Positions 39,547 through 48,886 of a stretch of DNA of 64,000 bases are shown in pieces. Both the position numbers and the translations under genes were made by a program. This stretch comes from Bryobacteraceae bacterium. Its GTDB lineage: Bacteria; Acidobacteriota; Terriglobia; Bryobacterales; Bryobacteraceae. The first letter of the stretch is position 1. Each line of letters starts with the position of its first letter. Location: positions 31,677-95,676 of the forward strand of contig JABAQT010000030.1 of assembly GCA_019187195.1 (NCBI GenBank), given 5' to 3'. The notes under the pieces were generated by a model. The model was not told where the DNA came from and did no database searches. It was given only the letters and a program-made list of their open reading frames with translations.

Positions 39547-40254
39547 ATGGAACAGAACAGCGAAAGCATGCAAAGGCCGGTGGGGTTCTGCCGCGCCTGC
39601 GGCAAGAGTCTGAGCCAGGAGGAAGTGCGGGAATACCAGGGAACCATCTACTGCGGGGAGCATTTCCCGCGGCAGGCAGGCGCCGGGGAGCCCGCTTCAG
39701 GGCCGGCGGCATCAAGCCCGGGGAGTGTGAATGCGAATCCCTACACCAGCCCGCCTCCGCAACCATCCTCCGCGAGCGTATCACCCGGTTTGGCGTTTAT
39801 TCTCGGCTTCATTCCGGGCGTGGGCGCCATCTATAACGGTCAATACGCGAAAGGGTTCGTGCATGTAATTGTCGCCGGCCTCCTATTCAGCCTTTCCGGC
39901 GAAGAGACCGGGGTCATGGAACCGCTGTTCAAGATGTTCATCCCGGTTTGGATCTTCTACATGGCATTCGAGGCATATCACACAGCGAAGAAGAAGATGT
40001 TGGGCGAACCGGTAGACGAGTTTTCCTCGATCTTCCCCCACTCGGGGACGGCGACGGGATTCCCCGTCCTGCCGGTGCTATTGATCGCCATCGGCGTGCT
40101 CTTCCTGCTCAATAACCTGGATATCGTTAGCATCCGCCGGATGATGCCCTACACCGGGCCGGTGTTTCTCATCGGCTTGGGAGTCTACCTGCTGTATGCC
40201 AGGCTGAGGGCGAACGCGGAGGCGGCCCGGGAGGTGTCTCATGGAAGGAACTAG
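39547..40254 (+). CDS. Zinc-ribbon membrane protein with LiaF/DUF5668-like C-terminal helices
   Basis: 'CRACGKSL...IYCGEHF'; TM segments; 'LLIAIGVLFLLNNLD'. Confidence 0.5.
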   Translation: MEQNSESMQRPVGFCRACGKSLSQEEVREYQGTIYCGEHFPRQAGAGEPASGPAASSPGSVNANPYTSPPPQPSSASVSPGLAFILGFIPGVGAIYNGQYAKGFVHVIVAGLLFSLSGEETGVMEPLFKMFIPVWIFYMAFEAYHTAKKKMLGEPVDEFSSIFPHSGTATGFPVLPVLLIAIGVLFLLNNLDIVSIRRMMPYTGPVFLIGLGVYLLYARLRANAEAAREVSHGRN

Positions 40255-40438
40255 CACAAGCCCGCACCAGGAGCGGTCACTGATTGCCGCCATCCGCGGC
40301 CCCGTCCTGATGATCACGGTGGGCGCGCTGTTCGCGATCGATCACGCCGGTTTGTACAGTTTCTCGACCACATGGCCGGCCATTCTGATCGTGCTTGGCG
40401 TAATGAAGCTGATGGAGCGGGCATCGCCCCGTTCGTGA
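40241..40438 (+). CDS. Small two-helix membrane protein
   Basis: 65-aa ORF with 'VLMITVGALFAI' and 'WPAILIVLGVMKL'. It overlaps the previous stop. Confidence 0.35.
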   Translation: MEGTSTSPHQERSLIAAIRGPVLMITVGALFAIDHAGLYSFSTTWPAILIVLGVMKLMERASPRS

Positions 40439-40453
40439 GGAGGACAGACAACC

Positions 40454-41902
40454 ATGCGGCCACGATCCATTGCCGGACCCATCATCCTCATCGCCATCGG
40501 CGCGCTCTTTCTCCTGCACAACCTGTGGCCGGAGATCGCCATGTTCGATATCTTTCTCCGCTATTGGCCGTACCTGCTGATCATCTGGGGAGCCGTGCGG
40601 CTGGTGGAAGTCCTGGTCTGGGCCGGAACACGCCGCGCACTTCCGCCGGCAGGCGTCTCGGGCGGCGAGTGGACCATCGTGGTTCTGCTCTGTGTCTTCG
40701 GCACTCTCCTGTTCTGGGGCTCGAAGTGGGCTCCCAGTTGGAACAGCGATATCAGGGTGCGGGGGCTTGAGATCTTCGGCGAGCGCTATGAGTTTCCGGT
40801 CTCCGCCACGAAGGAAGTGGGCAAGGACGCGCGCGTCGTTCTGGATCTTGGCCGCGGCAACGCCAGGATCGTGGGCACGGACGGCACCCAGATAACGATC
40901 AACGGTCAAAAGAGCATCAATTCGTACGATCAGAATGAGGCCAACAAGGCGGATCAGCAGACGCCGCTCGAGATCGTCAGCGTGGGCGATCAGATTGTCA
41001 TCCGCACCAACCAGGACAAGCTCGATGGTTCGCGCCGCATGTCGAACGACCTGGACATCAGCATTCCCAGGAGCGCCAGCATCGAAGGACGCGGCCGTTA
41101 TGGCGATTTCGACGTGCGCGACCTCGACGGCGGTGTGCAAGTGACCAGCGATAACGCGGGCGTGCGGCTGGAAAATATCGGCGGCGCGGTGAAGGTGGAC
41201 CTACGCCGCAGCGACATTGTCCGGGCGACGAAGATCAAGGGGCCGGTGAGCGTGAAGTTGAGCACGCGCGGCCGCGCCGGAGAAGACCTGGAACTCGACA
41301 CCATCGAAGGGCCCGTGACCGTGGCCGGCGCGTTTTCCGGAGAGCTGAATTTCCGGAATCTCGCCAAGCCCCTGCGCTTCGAAGGTGTGACCACCGAACT
41401 GCGGGTGGAAAAAACTCCCGGCTTTGTGAAGATGGCGCTCGGGAATCTGACGGCGGAAAACGTGCAAGGCCCGTTTCACCTCACCTCGGGAACGCGCGAT
41501 GTAAACGTGCGCGACTTCACGGGGAATCTGGAAATCCAGGTGGACCGCGGCGACCTCGAATTGCGGCCCGCGCGGCAGTCCGGCCGTATCGACGCCCGCA
41601 CGAGGAACGGAGAGGTGGACCTCGTGCTGCCGTCCGGAGCGAAGTTCGACTTGAACGCCAGCACCAGCCGGGGTGAGATCAGCAACGAGTACGGCGCGCC
41701 GCTGAAGTTGGAGACAGTGGGGAGAGGCGCCAGCCTGCGCGGCTCGAACGGAGGCCCGCCGGTTACGGTGACAACCGATCGCGGTTCGATCACCGTGCGC
41801 CGCGCCGGAACCGCCGAACCACCAGCGCCGCCCGCGCCGCCGCCCAGCATTCTTCCGCGGAAACTTTCGCCTCCTCCGGTTCCCGAGCCGCAGCGGCAAT
41901 AA
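40454..41902 (+). CDS. Membrane-anchored DUF4097-like beta-repeat protein (putative adhesin/LiaF-like)
   Basis: N-terminal 'IILIAIGALFLLHNLW' helices, then repeated beta units (GDFDVRDLDGGVQV, GDLELRP...). Confidence 0.6.
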   Translation: MRPRSIAGPIILIAIGALFLLHNLWPEIAMFDIFLRYWPYLLIIWGAVRLVEVLVWAGTRRALPPAGVSGGEWTIVVLLCVFGTLLFWGSKWAPSWNSDIRVRGLEIFGERYEFPVSATKEVGKDARVVLDLGRGNARIVGTDGTQITINGQKSINSYDQNEANKADQQTPLEIVSVGDQIVIRTNQDKLDGSRRMSNDLDISIPRSASIEGRGRYGDFDVRDLDGGVQVTSDNAGVRLENIGGAVKVDLRRSDIVRATKIKGPVSVKLSTRGRAGEDLELDTIEGPVTVAGAFSGELNFRNLAKPLRFEGVTTELRVEKTPGFVKMALGNLTAENVQGPFHLTSGTRDVNVRDFTGNLEIQVDRGDLELRPARQSGRIDARTRNGEVDLVLPSGAKFDLNASTSRGEISNEYGAPLKLETVGRGASLRGSNGGPPVTVTTDRGSITVRRAGTAEPPAPPAPPPSILPRKLSPPPVPEPQRQ

Positions 41903-41911
41903 GCCGCCCCG

Positions 41912-42145
41912 TCAGGCCTTTTTGACGGGCGCGGGCAGATCCCGCGCCTCGCACACCGATGCAAATCCGTGCCGGTTGTGGGAGCCGTCACAGAAGGGCT
42001 TGTTCCCTGAATGGCCGCACCGGCAGAGGGTGACGGCGGTTCGCCCGGCGAGCCCGAACAGATTACCCGCCGCGTCGGAGAGGACGAAATCTCCCTCGAT
42101 GCGCAATGGTCCATTGTTATTCACTGTGATTTTGGAAGCCGGCAT
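41912..42145 (-). CDS. CDGSH iron-sulfur domain protein
   Basis: 'CRCGHSGNKPFCDGSH'. Confidence 0.85.
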   Translation of the reverse strand: MPASKITVNNNGPLRIEGDFVLSDAAGNLFGLAGRTAVTLCRCGHSGNKPFCDGSHNRHGFASVCEARDLPAPVKKA

Positions 42146-42189
42146 AGATTGCTGAGCTTAGCAGAAACGGCCGCTATAATGAAGAAAAA

Positions 42190-43470
42190 ATGCGGCAAGC
42201 CGCACGGCATGGATTCTGGTGGCTGGCCTTCCTGTTGTCGAGCCTGCCGCCGCTTTGCGCGCAGGCAAAGTTACCGGACGAAACCGCGCTGCTCGCCCGT
42301 ATCCGGGCTCGCGCCGCCGAAAACCTGCGCCGGCTTCCCAATTACACCTGCCTCGAGACGATTGAACGTTCCCTGCGCCGCGCCGCCTCGCGCCGCTTCG
42401 AGTTGATCGACCTGGTGCGTCTGGAAGTGGCCTATGTGGACGGCAAGGAAATGTTCGCCTGGCCCGGGTCGCGCACATTCGAAGATCGCGACATCACGGA
42501 GATGGTGAGCGAAGGCGCCATCGGCAACGGCAGCTTTGCCCTGCACGTGCGCGGCATCTTCCTCTCAAACTCCGCCCTGTTTCAGTACGCCGGACGGGTA
42601 ACGCTCGACGGGCGGGCGGCGATCCGATTCGACTACCACGTCCCAATGGTTCGCAGCGGATACAAACTGCGGGTGAAACCGGAGGAAGGCATTGCCGGCT
42701 ACAAAGGCTCGTTCTGGATCGACCCGCAAACACTCGACCTGATGCGCCTCGATGTCGACATCGATGACATCCCGTCCAACATCCCCGTTGCCGCGGGCCG
42801 TGAATCGCTCGAATATGCCCCGGCGGCGATAGGCGGAAAGGACTTCCTCCTGCCCCGCCGCTCGGAGTTGATGCTTACCGACCTCGGCGGCAACGAGAGC
42901 CGCAACTACCTGCACTTCAGCGGCTGCCGCGAGTTCACCGGCGAATCGGTGATCAACTTCGAGGATGTTCCCGCCGATCCCGCGGTCTCGAGGAAGCCCC
43001 CTGTTCCTATCACGCTCGCCGAAGGGTTGGATATCGACTTGAAGCTGCAAACCCCCATCGAGGCGGGCGTCACCGCGGTGGGCGATCCGGTAACGGCCCT
43101 GGTTGCCAAGGCCGTGCGCGGGAAAGGCCATCTCTACGTTCCCAAGGGAGCCGTTGTTGAGGGCCGCGTCGTGAAGTTCCAGCGGCGCCACGGCCCGCGC
43201 GACACGTTCTGGGCGCTCGGACTTCTCTTCGACCGCGTCGATTTTGAAAACCGGTTTGGCGAGTTCCGCGCCCACATGTATCCCGTCACGTTCCCGCCGG
43301 GCATGGGTTATTCCACGGATCCGCGGCGGCAGGGTCCTTATGCCGGACCGGAACCTACCGAAACCAATCCCCGGATTGGTATTCTTTATCTGAAGGGTGA
43401 AAGGGCGAAATTGCCCGCCGGAATCTCCACTTCCTGGCGAACCCTGGCGCCGGCGGAGGAAACCAAGTGA
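42190..43470 (+). CDS. Hypothetical secreted protein
   Basis: Signal 'FWWLAFLLSSLPPLCAQA'. No domain recognised. Confidence 0.45.
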   Translation: MRQAARHGFWWLAFLLSSLPPLCAQAKLPDETALLARIRARAAENLRRLPNYTCLETIERSLRRAASRRFELIDLVRLEVAYVDGKEMFAWPGSRTFEDRDITEMVSEGAIGNGSFALHVRGIFLSNSALFQYAGRVTLDGRAAIRFDYHVPMVRSGYKLRVKPEEGIAGYKGSFWIDPQTLDLMRLDVDIDDIPSNIPVAAGRESLEYAPAAIGGKDFLLPRRSELMLTDLGGNESRNYLHFSGCREFTGESVINFEDVPADPAVSRKPPVPITLAEGLDIDLKLQTPIEAGVTAVGDPVTALVAKAVRGKGHLYVPKGAVVEGRVVKFQRRHGPRDTFWALGLLFDRVDFENRFGEFRAHMYPVTFPPGMGYSTDPRRQGPYAGPEPTETNPRIGILYLKGERAKLPAGISTSWRTLAPAEETK

Positions 43471-44588
43471 TACAGTTCGAACCGGAAACCAACCGGGCGT
43501 TATTTGAGCGCGCCCTCGAATTCGGTAAGCGGCAGGTCAAGAGACTCATCGAGACTCATCCGGGCTTCTACCCTATTTACACGCAGGAAGGGCGCTGGAA
43601 ACACGAAGGACCCGCCTGGACGCACTGGTGCGACGGCTTCCTGCCCGGAATGATGTGGATCTTCCGCAAGCGCTGCGGCGATGACGCCGGTGAGGAGAAG
43701 TACTGGCTCGACCAGGCTATCCGTTACACGACGCCGCTCGAACCGCGCAAGAACGACCGCGATGTCCACGATCTCGGATTCATTTTTCTCTCGACCTATT
43801 TCCGCTGGTACCGGCTCACCAAGGACCCGGCGCTGAACGAGGTGATTGTGCAGGCCGGCAGAACGCTGGCGCTGCGTTTCAAGGAAAAAGGCTTCTATCT
43901 GCGCTCGTTCGTGGCGGAAAACTCCCTGTTCATCGACATCATGATGAACGTCGGAATCATCTTTTATGCCGCCCGCGAGACCGGTGACCGGAAACTGCGC
44001 GACATCGCCCTGCGGCACTGCCTCACGACGCGGCGCGTGCTGGTGCGCGGCGATGGCTCGACGGCGCACGAGGGATTGTTCGATCTCGAGACCGGAGAGT
44101 TTCTGCGCCAGGGCACGCATCAGGGGTTTCGCGGCGATTCGTGCTGGTCACGCGGCCTTGCCTGGTCGCTCTACGGCTTCAGCACCTCCTATGAATACAG
44201 CCGCGACCCGCGCTTTCTCGAGACCGCGGAAAGCTGCGCCGACTACTACATCACTCACTCGAACGCCGACGGCGTTCCTCCGTGGGATTACAATGCGCCC
44301 GCCGAAAGCCGCAAACTGATCGACACTTCCGCCGCCGCCATCGCCGCCTCGGGATTGTTGCGCCTCTCGAGACTATTGCACGATCCCGTCAAGGGACACT
44401 TCTACTGGAGCGCCGCCACACACATTCTGCGTACGCTGTGTGAATACCACCTCGGCGAAGGCGACCCCGGCTACGAAGGCATCCTCAAGGGCGGCGTCTA
44501 CCATGTCCACAAGGATCTTGGCGTCGATGAAAGCGTTATGTGGGGCGAGTACTTCTTCATGGAAGCGCTCGACCATGTACTGGGCTAA
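43467..44588 (+). CDS. Glycoside hydrolase family 88-like (unsaturated glucuronyl hydrolase)
   Basis: 'WTHWCDGFLPGMMW', 'DVHDLGF' and 'GDSCWSRGLAWSLYGF'. The GTG start overlaps the upstream stop. Confidence 0.7.
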   Translation: MIQFEPETNRALFERALEFGKRQVKRLIETHPGFYPIYTQEGRWKHEGPAWTHWCDGFLPGMMWIFRKRCGDDAGEEKYWLDQAIRYTTPLEPRKNDRDVHDLGFIFLSTYFRWYRLTKDPALNEVIVQAGRTLALRFKEKGFYLRSFVAENSLFIDIMMNVGIIFYAARETGDRKLRDIALRHCLTTRRVLVRGDGSTAHEGLFDLETGEFLRQGTHQGFRGDSCWSRGLAWSLYGFSTSYEYSRDPRFLETAESCADYYITHSNADGVPPWDYNAPAESRKLIDTSAAAIAASGLLRLSRLLHDPVKGHFYWSAATHILRTLCEYHLGEGDPGYEGILKGGVYHVHKDLGVDESVMWGEYFFMEALDHVLG

Positions 44589-45583
44589 TATCCCTTCTCT
44601 TTGTCGACCACATTGCGCAGCGGTTCGCCCTTGGCGAATCGCGCCACGTTCTCGAGTATCAACTCGCGGTGCCGTCCCCCCACCATATCGGACACCGTGG
44701 CAATATGCGGCGTGATGATGACGTTGTCGAACTTCCACAGAGGATGTCCCTTGGGCAGCGGTTCGGGGTCGGTGACGTCGAGCCCCGCTCCGGAAACCCG
44801 CTTTTCGTCAAGCGCCTTGACCAGCGCTCCGGCATCGTAAAGCTTGCCTCGCGATACGGCAATGAAATAGGAGCCGCGCTTCATCAGCTCGAACTGCCTG
44901 GAGCCTATCATCTTCTCGCTTTGCGGTGTGTGTGGAGCGGAAACAAACACCACGTCCGCCTTTGGCAGCACGGTGTCGAGGCGATCCGGTTTCACCACAT
45001 AGCTTATCGAGGGCAGGAACGGAATGTCCTTCGGATCGACGCCAATCACCGTCATCCCGAAAGCCGAGGCGCGCGCGGCTATCTGCGAACCGATGCCGCC
45101 CACCCCTATGATGACGGCCGTCTTTCCGCGCAGTTCAATCGCCTTCCAGCCTTCCCGGGAGAACCCTTCGTTGGCGCGTTCGGCCACCGCCCGGTTGATG
45201 CCGCGCGTCATGGCAAGCAGCAGCGCAAACGCATGGTCGGCAATCTCCGGCCCCTGAATAATCTTCCCGTTGGTGAGGGTGATGTTCGAATGAAGCAACT
45301 CGGGAAAACGATAGCGCTCCACGCCGGCGCTCGGAATGTGTACCCACTTCAGCTTCTTGCCCGCGCGCAGAATGTCGACGCTGATCTCGCCGATGAACGC
45401 GTCGGCATCGGCGACTTCCCTGATTACGTTGTCCGGCCGCCCCTCGACGAAGGTGACCCCGGGCGCAACCTGCTTCATGTCGGCAATCAAGCCCGCGCGT
45501 CCGGCGACGACGATTTTCAATTGTGCCGCAGCCAGCGGGGAGACGAGGCTGAGGATGGCGAGAGAGAAAACGGTCCGTAACAT
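44585..45583 (-). CDS. D-isomer-specific 2-hydroxyacid dehydrogenase family protein with Sec-type signal
   Basis: 'MLRTVFSLAILSLVSPLAAAQ'; NAD motif 'VIIGVGGIGSQIA'; 'ITPHIA'. Confidence 0.75.
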   Translation of the reverse strand: MLRTVFSLAILSLVSPLAAAQLKIVVAGRAGLIADMKQVAPGVTFVEGRPDNVIREVADADAFIGEISVDILRAGKKLKWVHIPSAGVERYRFPELLHSNITLTNGKIIQGPEIADHAFALLLAMTRGINRAVAERANEGFSREGWKAIELRGKTAVIIGVGGIGSQIAARASAFGMTVIGVDPKDIPFLPSISYVVKPDRLDTVLPKADVVFVSAPHTPQSEKMIGSRQFELMKRGSYFIAVSRGKLYDAGALVKALDEKRVSGAGLDVTDPEPLPKGHPLWKFDNVIITPHIATVSDMVGGRHRELILENVARFAKGEPLRNVVDKEKGY

Positions 45584-45829
45584 GGGGGCATTCTATCCGA
45601 TTCCGGCGTCGATTCGCTCGGGCGGGCGCGCTCGCACCCCGCCGGCTGAGGGAAAGATCCGAGGCCGTAGGCAGGGCTTCCTACGAGCCTGGTTCTAGGG
45701 TGGACTAAGGGAAGGCGAAACTTCCCTTAGAGGAGCGGGATGTCGTAATCCGGCGAACCGGTTCCACCGATGCTTCTTGTAATACCGGTGTATGACATTC
45801 CGGTCGCCAGCTAGGAGCACTCGCCTGTT

Positions 45830-46528
45830 ATGATCTCTCTTGATCGTCTCAAACAAACTCTCTCCAGGGCCCGGAGTACAATCGCCGTACCCCTGATTTC
45901 CCTGGCCATGGCTTCTCTCGGAGCCCAGGCCGCCACGTTCATTCCCTCCACCGCCACTTGTGACGGCGGAGCGGTGGATACCTCCGCTCTTCCCGATGTG
46001 AACGGAGTGACAGGCGTGAAGATCTTCACCACGTCGACATGCTCGGCAGTGGATGACGGCAGCGGAACCGCTACGCTCACGCTCACGGTCAGCGGGACGG
46101 GGAGTGGAAGTTTCCATCCGTCGATGGTTACTTTCCCTGTCAATTTTGTATTCACGGTCAATTCCACGGATGCATACAGCCAGATCCAGTACGATCTCAG
46201 CCTGCAGTTGAACGGTTTGACCCCTCAGGAGACGGATTCGTTTTGGGTGAATCCGGGAACTACTGTGGATTCGTCGGATACCATGAACTTCAACTCGTTC
46301 AACTACAATCTGAATTCGCCCGGCATGTCGCTGGATTCCTGGATATTTACGCTGATAGTATCGCAAGTCACCCTGGACGGCGGGCAAACGATATCTCTGG
46401 ACGTTCCGTCGAATTCGATCGACATCACCGGCGGCGAGTTGTCCACTCCCGAACCGTCTTCGCTGCTGCTGCTCGGGTCGGGCGTGGGGTTGCTCCTGCT
46501 CGGCAAACGCGCCTTCCGCCGCGCCTGA
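45830..46528 (+). CDS. PEP-CTERM sorting-domain secreted protein
   Basis: C-terminus 'TPEPSSLLLLGSGVGLLLLGKRAFRRA'. Confidence 0.85.
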   Translation: MISLDRLKQTLSRARSTIAVPLISLAMASLGAQAATFIPSTATCDGGAVDTSALPDVNGVTGVKIFTTSTCSAVDDGSGTATLTLTVSGTGSGSFHPSMVTFPVNFVFTVNSTDAYSQIQYDLSLQLNGLTPQETDSFWVNPGTTVDSSDTMNFNSFNYNLNSPGMSLDSWIFTLIVSQVTLDGGQTISLDVPSNSIDITGGELSTPEPSSLLLLGSGVGLLLLGKRAFRRA

Positions 46529-46556
46529 CTCACCGTCTTGAAATTCATGTTCGCGA

Positions 46557-46591
46557 AAAGCCGCGCGGCGATGCGCGGCTTTTCTCTTGTT
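46557..46591 (+). terminator. Rho-independent terminator
   Basis: 10-bp stem AAAGCCGCGC/GCGCGGCTTT, followed by TCTCTTGTT. Confidence 0.7.
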
Positions 46592-46620
46592 ATGTAGACT
46601 GAGGGTAGAACTACCCTGTA

Positions 46621-48096
46621 ATGAATGAGCCGCGGGTTCCCACGCAAACTCCCCCGAGGCGCCGGAAGCGTCCGCCGCAGTGGCGGCATATCAACTTTCC
46701 CACGCGCGGCATTTCACGTCTTCATCCTGCTCCGCCGCGTCCGGTCCGCCAGCAGGCGCGCGATGTGTGGGACCGCGTCCGTCTGCTGATTCGCTCCGCC
46801 ACGCTTTGGCTGCTTTTCTCCGCCGTCCTGCTCTACCACCGCTGGTACATCACAGCCGCGATTGCCTTCGCGGTCAGCTTTACATTCGTGGTCTTCAGGC
46901 CCTACATCCGGGAAGTGCGGATGCACGCGGACGAGGATTTCGGCACGGATTCGGCGGAGTTCCTGAGCACGGTTGCCGGCGCCACCGGCGTCCCCATGAT
47001 CGGCGGCAACCGGCTCGAGATCCTCAACAACGGCGAGGAATTCTATCCCGCGATGCTTGCTGCCATCTCGGGCGCGAAGTACTCCATCACAATGGAGCAG
47101 TACATTTTTTCGGCCAGTGAGATCGGGCGGCAGTTCGCCGAAGCGTTCGCGAAACGCTCGCTCGACGGGGTCACCGTGAAACTCCTTCTGGATGCCGTGG
47201 GGGCGGCGAATATCGGGAGCGAGATTCTCCGCACCCTCACCGGCGCGGGATGCGAGATCCGCTGGTACCGCCCCATCCGCTGGTATGATCTGCACCGCGT
47301 CAACCACCGCAACCATCGTAAGAGCCTCATCATCGACGGGCGGATTGCCTTCACGGGCGGAGCGGGGATTGATGATCACTGGCGCGGGGCGGCGCGCAAT
47401 CCGTCCGAATGGCGGGACTTGCAAATCCGGATGGAGGGGCCGGGCGTGGTCCCCCTCCAGACTGGGTTCGCTTCGAACTGGCTCGAGGCCACGGGCGAGG
47501 TAGTTACGGGGCCTGAGTACTATCCGGTTCCCGAGCCCGTGGGTCCGGTGGAACTGCAAACCGTGCTCAGTTCCCCCAAGGGAGACCAGTACACCGCCTC
47601 CATCCTTTATGCGCTGGGAATCCAGTCCGCCCGCCAGTGCATCTATATCGCCAACCCGTACTTCGTCCCCGGGCCGCTCGCCGCCGGGAGAATCGAGGAC
47701 GCCGTCCGGCGCGGAGTCGATGTGAAGGTGATGGTCGCCGGAGTTCATAATGATGCCTGGTGGGCGCGGCAGAACAGCGTCCGGCTCTATGGCAGGCTCC
47801 TCGAGGCGGGCGTCGAGATCTACGAGTACCTGCCCACCATGCTCCACCAGAAAATGATGCTGGTGGATTCCATCTGGGCAACCGTGGGGACCACGAACTT
47901 CGACAACCGCTCTTTCCGGTTCAACGAGGAGACGAACGTGTGCTTCCACGAACCGGAGTACGTGGATCAACTGCGGACCATCTTTTTCAAGGATCTCGAG
48001 GACTGCCGCCGCGTGGACCTCGCCGAGTGGCGTGGGCGGGGGGTGCACGTGCGCGCCGGGGAGTTGTTCGCGTCCTTGCTGCAGGATCAGGTATGA
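46621..48096 (+). CDS. cls: Cardiolipin synthase (phospholipase D family, two HKD motifs)
   Basis: 'HRKSLIIDGRIAFTGGAGIDD' and 'LHQKMMLVDSIWATVGTTNFDNRS'. Confidence 0.9.
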   Translation: MNEPRVPTQTPPRRRKRPPQWRHINFPTRGISRLHPAPPRPVRQQARDVWDRVRLLIRSATLWLLFSAVLLYHRWYITAAIAFAVSFTFVVFRPYIREVRMHADEDFGTDSAEFLSTVAGATGVPMIGGNRLEILNNGEEFYPAMLAAISGAKYSITMEQYIFSASEIGRQFAEAFAKRSLDGVTVKLLLDAVGAANIGSEILRTLTGAGCEIRWYRPIRWYDLHRVNHRNHRKSLIIDGRIAFTGGAGIDDHWRGAARNPSEWRDLQIRMEGPGVVPLQTGFASNWLEATGEVVTGPEYYPVPEPVGPVELQTVLSSPKGDQYTASILYALGIQSARQCIYIANPYFVPGPLAAGRIEDAVRRGVDVKVMVAGVHNDAWWARQNSVRLYGRLLEAGVEIYEYLPTMLHQKMMLVDSIWATVGTTNFDNRSFRFNEETNVCFHEPEYVDQLRTIFFKDLEDCRRVDLAEWRGRGVHVRAGELFASLLQDQV

Positions 48097-48812
48097 AGAC
48101 TATCCGTATAGCCACCTACAACATTCACAAGTGCCAGGGCATGGACGGGCGCGTCCGCCCGGACCGCATCGCGCGCGTGCTCGAGGAGATCAATGCCGAT
48201 GTCGTGGCGCTGCAGGAGGTGCACAGCGTCGAGAACCACCGCGCCGAAGCCGATCAGTCGCGCTATATCGCCGAGGCTCTCGGCATGCACTTCATCCATG
48301 CCGAGGCGCGCAAACTGCATGGCGGCGCCTACGGCAACGTCCTGCTTTCGCGGTTCCCCCCCGATGGCCATCACAACGTCGACATCACTCATTCGGGCAG
48401 GGAGAAACGCAGCGTGTTGCGGGCTGATATCAACGTCGACGGCCGCACGCTGCATTTCTTCAACCTGCATCTGGGGACGGGATATTTCGAACGGCGCTTT
48501 CAGGCGCGGGCGCTGATGGAACACCGGGTACTCCGCGCTCCCGACCTGACGGGCGAGCGCATTGTGATGGGCGATCTCAACGAATGGACTCGCGGCCTAG
48601 TCACTCACACCCTCACCGAGGAGTTGCGCCGGGTGGATCTCGAGTTGCCGTTGCTCCGCCGCCGCACATATCCGGCGCTGTTTCCATTTCTCCATCTGGA
48701 CTACATCTACTACGAACACACCCTGCGGGCATGCGATGCATTTTTTCATCACAGCCGGCTGTCGCTGATCGCTTCCGACCATCTGCCGCTGGTTGCGGAT
48801 TTCAACCTATAG
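48093..48812 (+). CDS. Endonuclease/exonuclease/phosphatase (EEP) family protein
   Basis: 'IRIATYNIHKCQGMDG', 'DVVALQEV' and 'SDHLPLVADF'. ATGA overlap with cls. Confidence 0.85.
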   Translation: MKTIRIATYNIHKCQGMDGRVRPDRIARVLEEINADVVALQEVHSVENHRAEADQSRYIAEALGMHFIHAEARKLHGGAYGNVLLSRFPPDGHHNVDITHSGREKRSVLRADINVDGRTLHFFNLHLGTGYFERRFQARALMEHRVLRAPDLTGERIVMGDLNEWTRGLVTHTLTEELRRVDLELPLLRRRTYPALFPFLHLDYIYYEHTLRACDAFFHHSRLSLIASDHLPLVADFNL

Positions 48813-48814
48813 AA

Positions 48815-48872
48815 ACAAAAAAACCGCCACGCCCTCCGGCCTCTTTTGGGGAGACCGGAAGACATGGCGGGT
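48815..48872 (-). terminator. Terminator between convergent genes (U-tract on the htrA strand)
   Basis: Long imperfect hairpin CCGCCA..CTCCGG..CCGGA..TGGCGG, followed on the minus strand by TTTTTTT. Confidence 0.6.
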
Positions 48873-48886
48873 CGGAGTAGGCAGCG

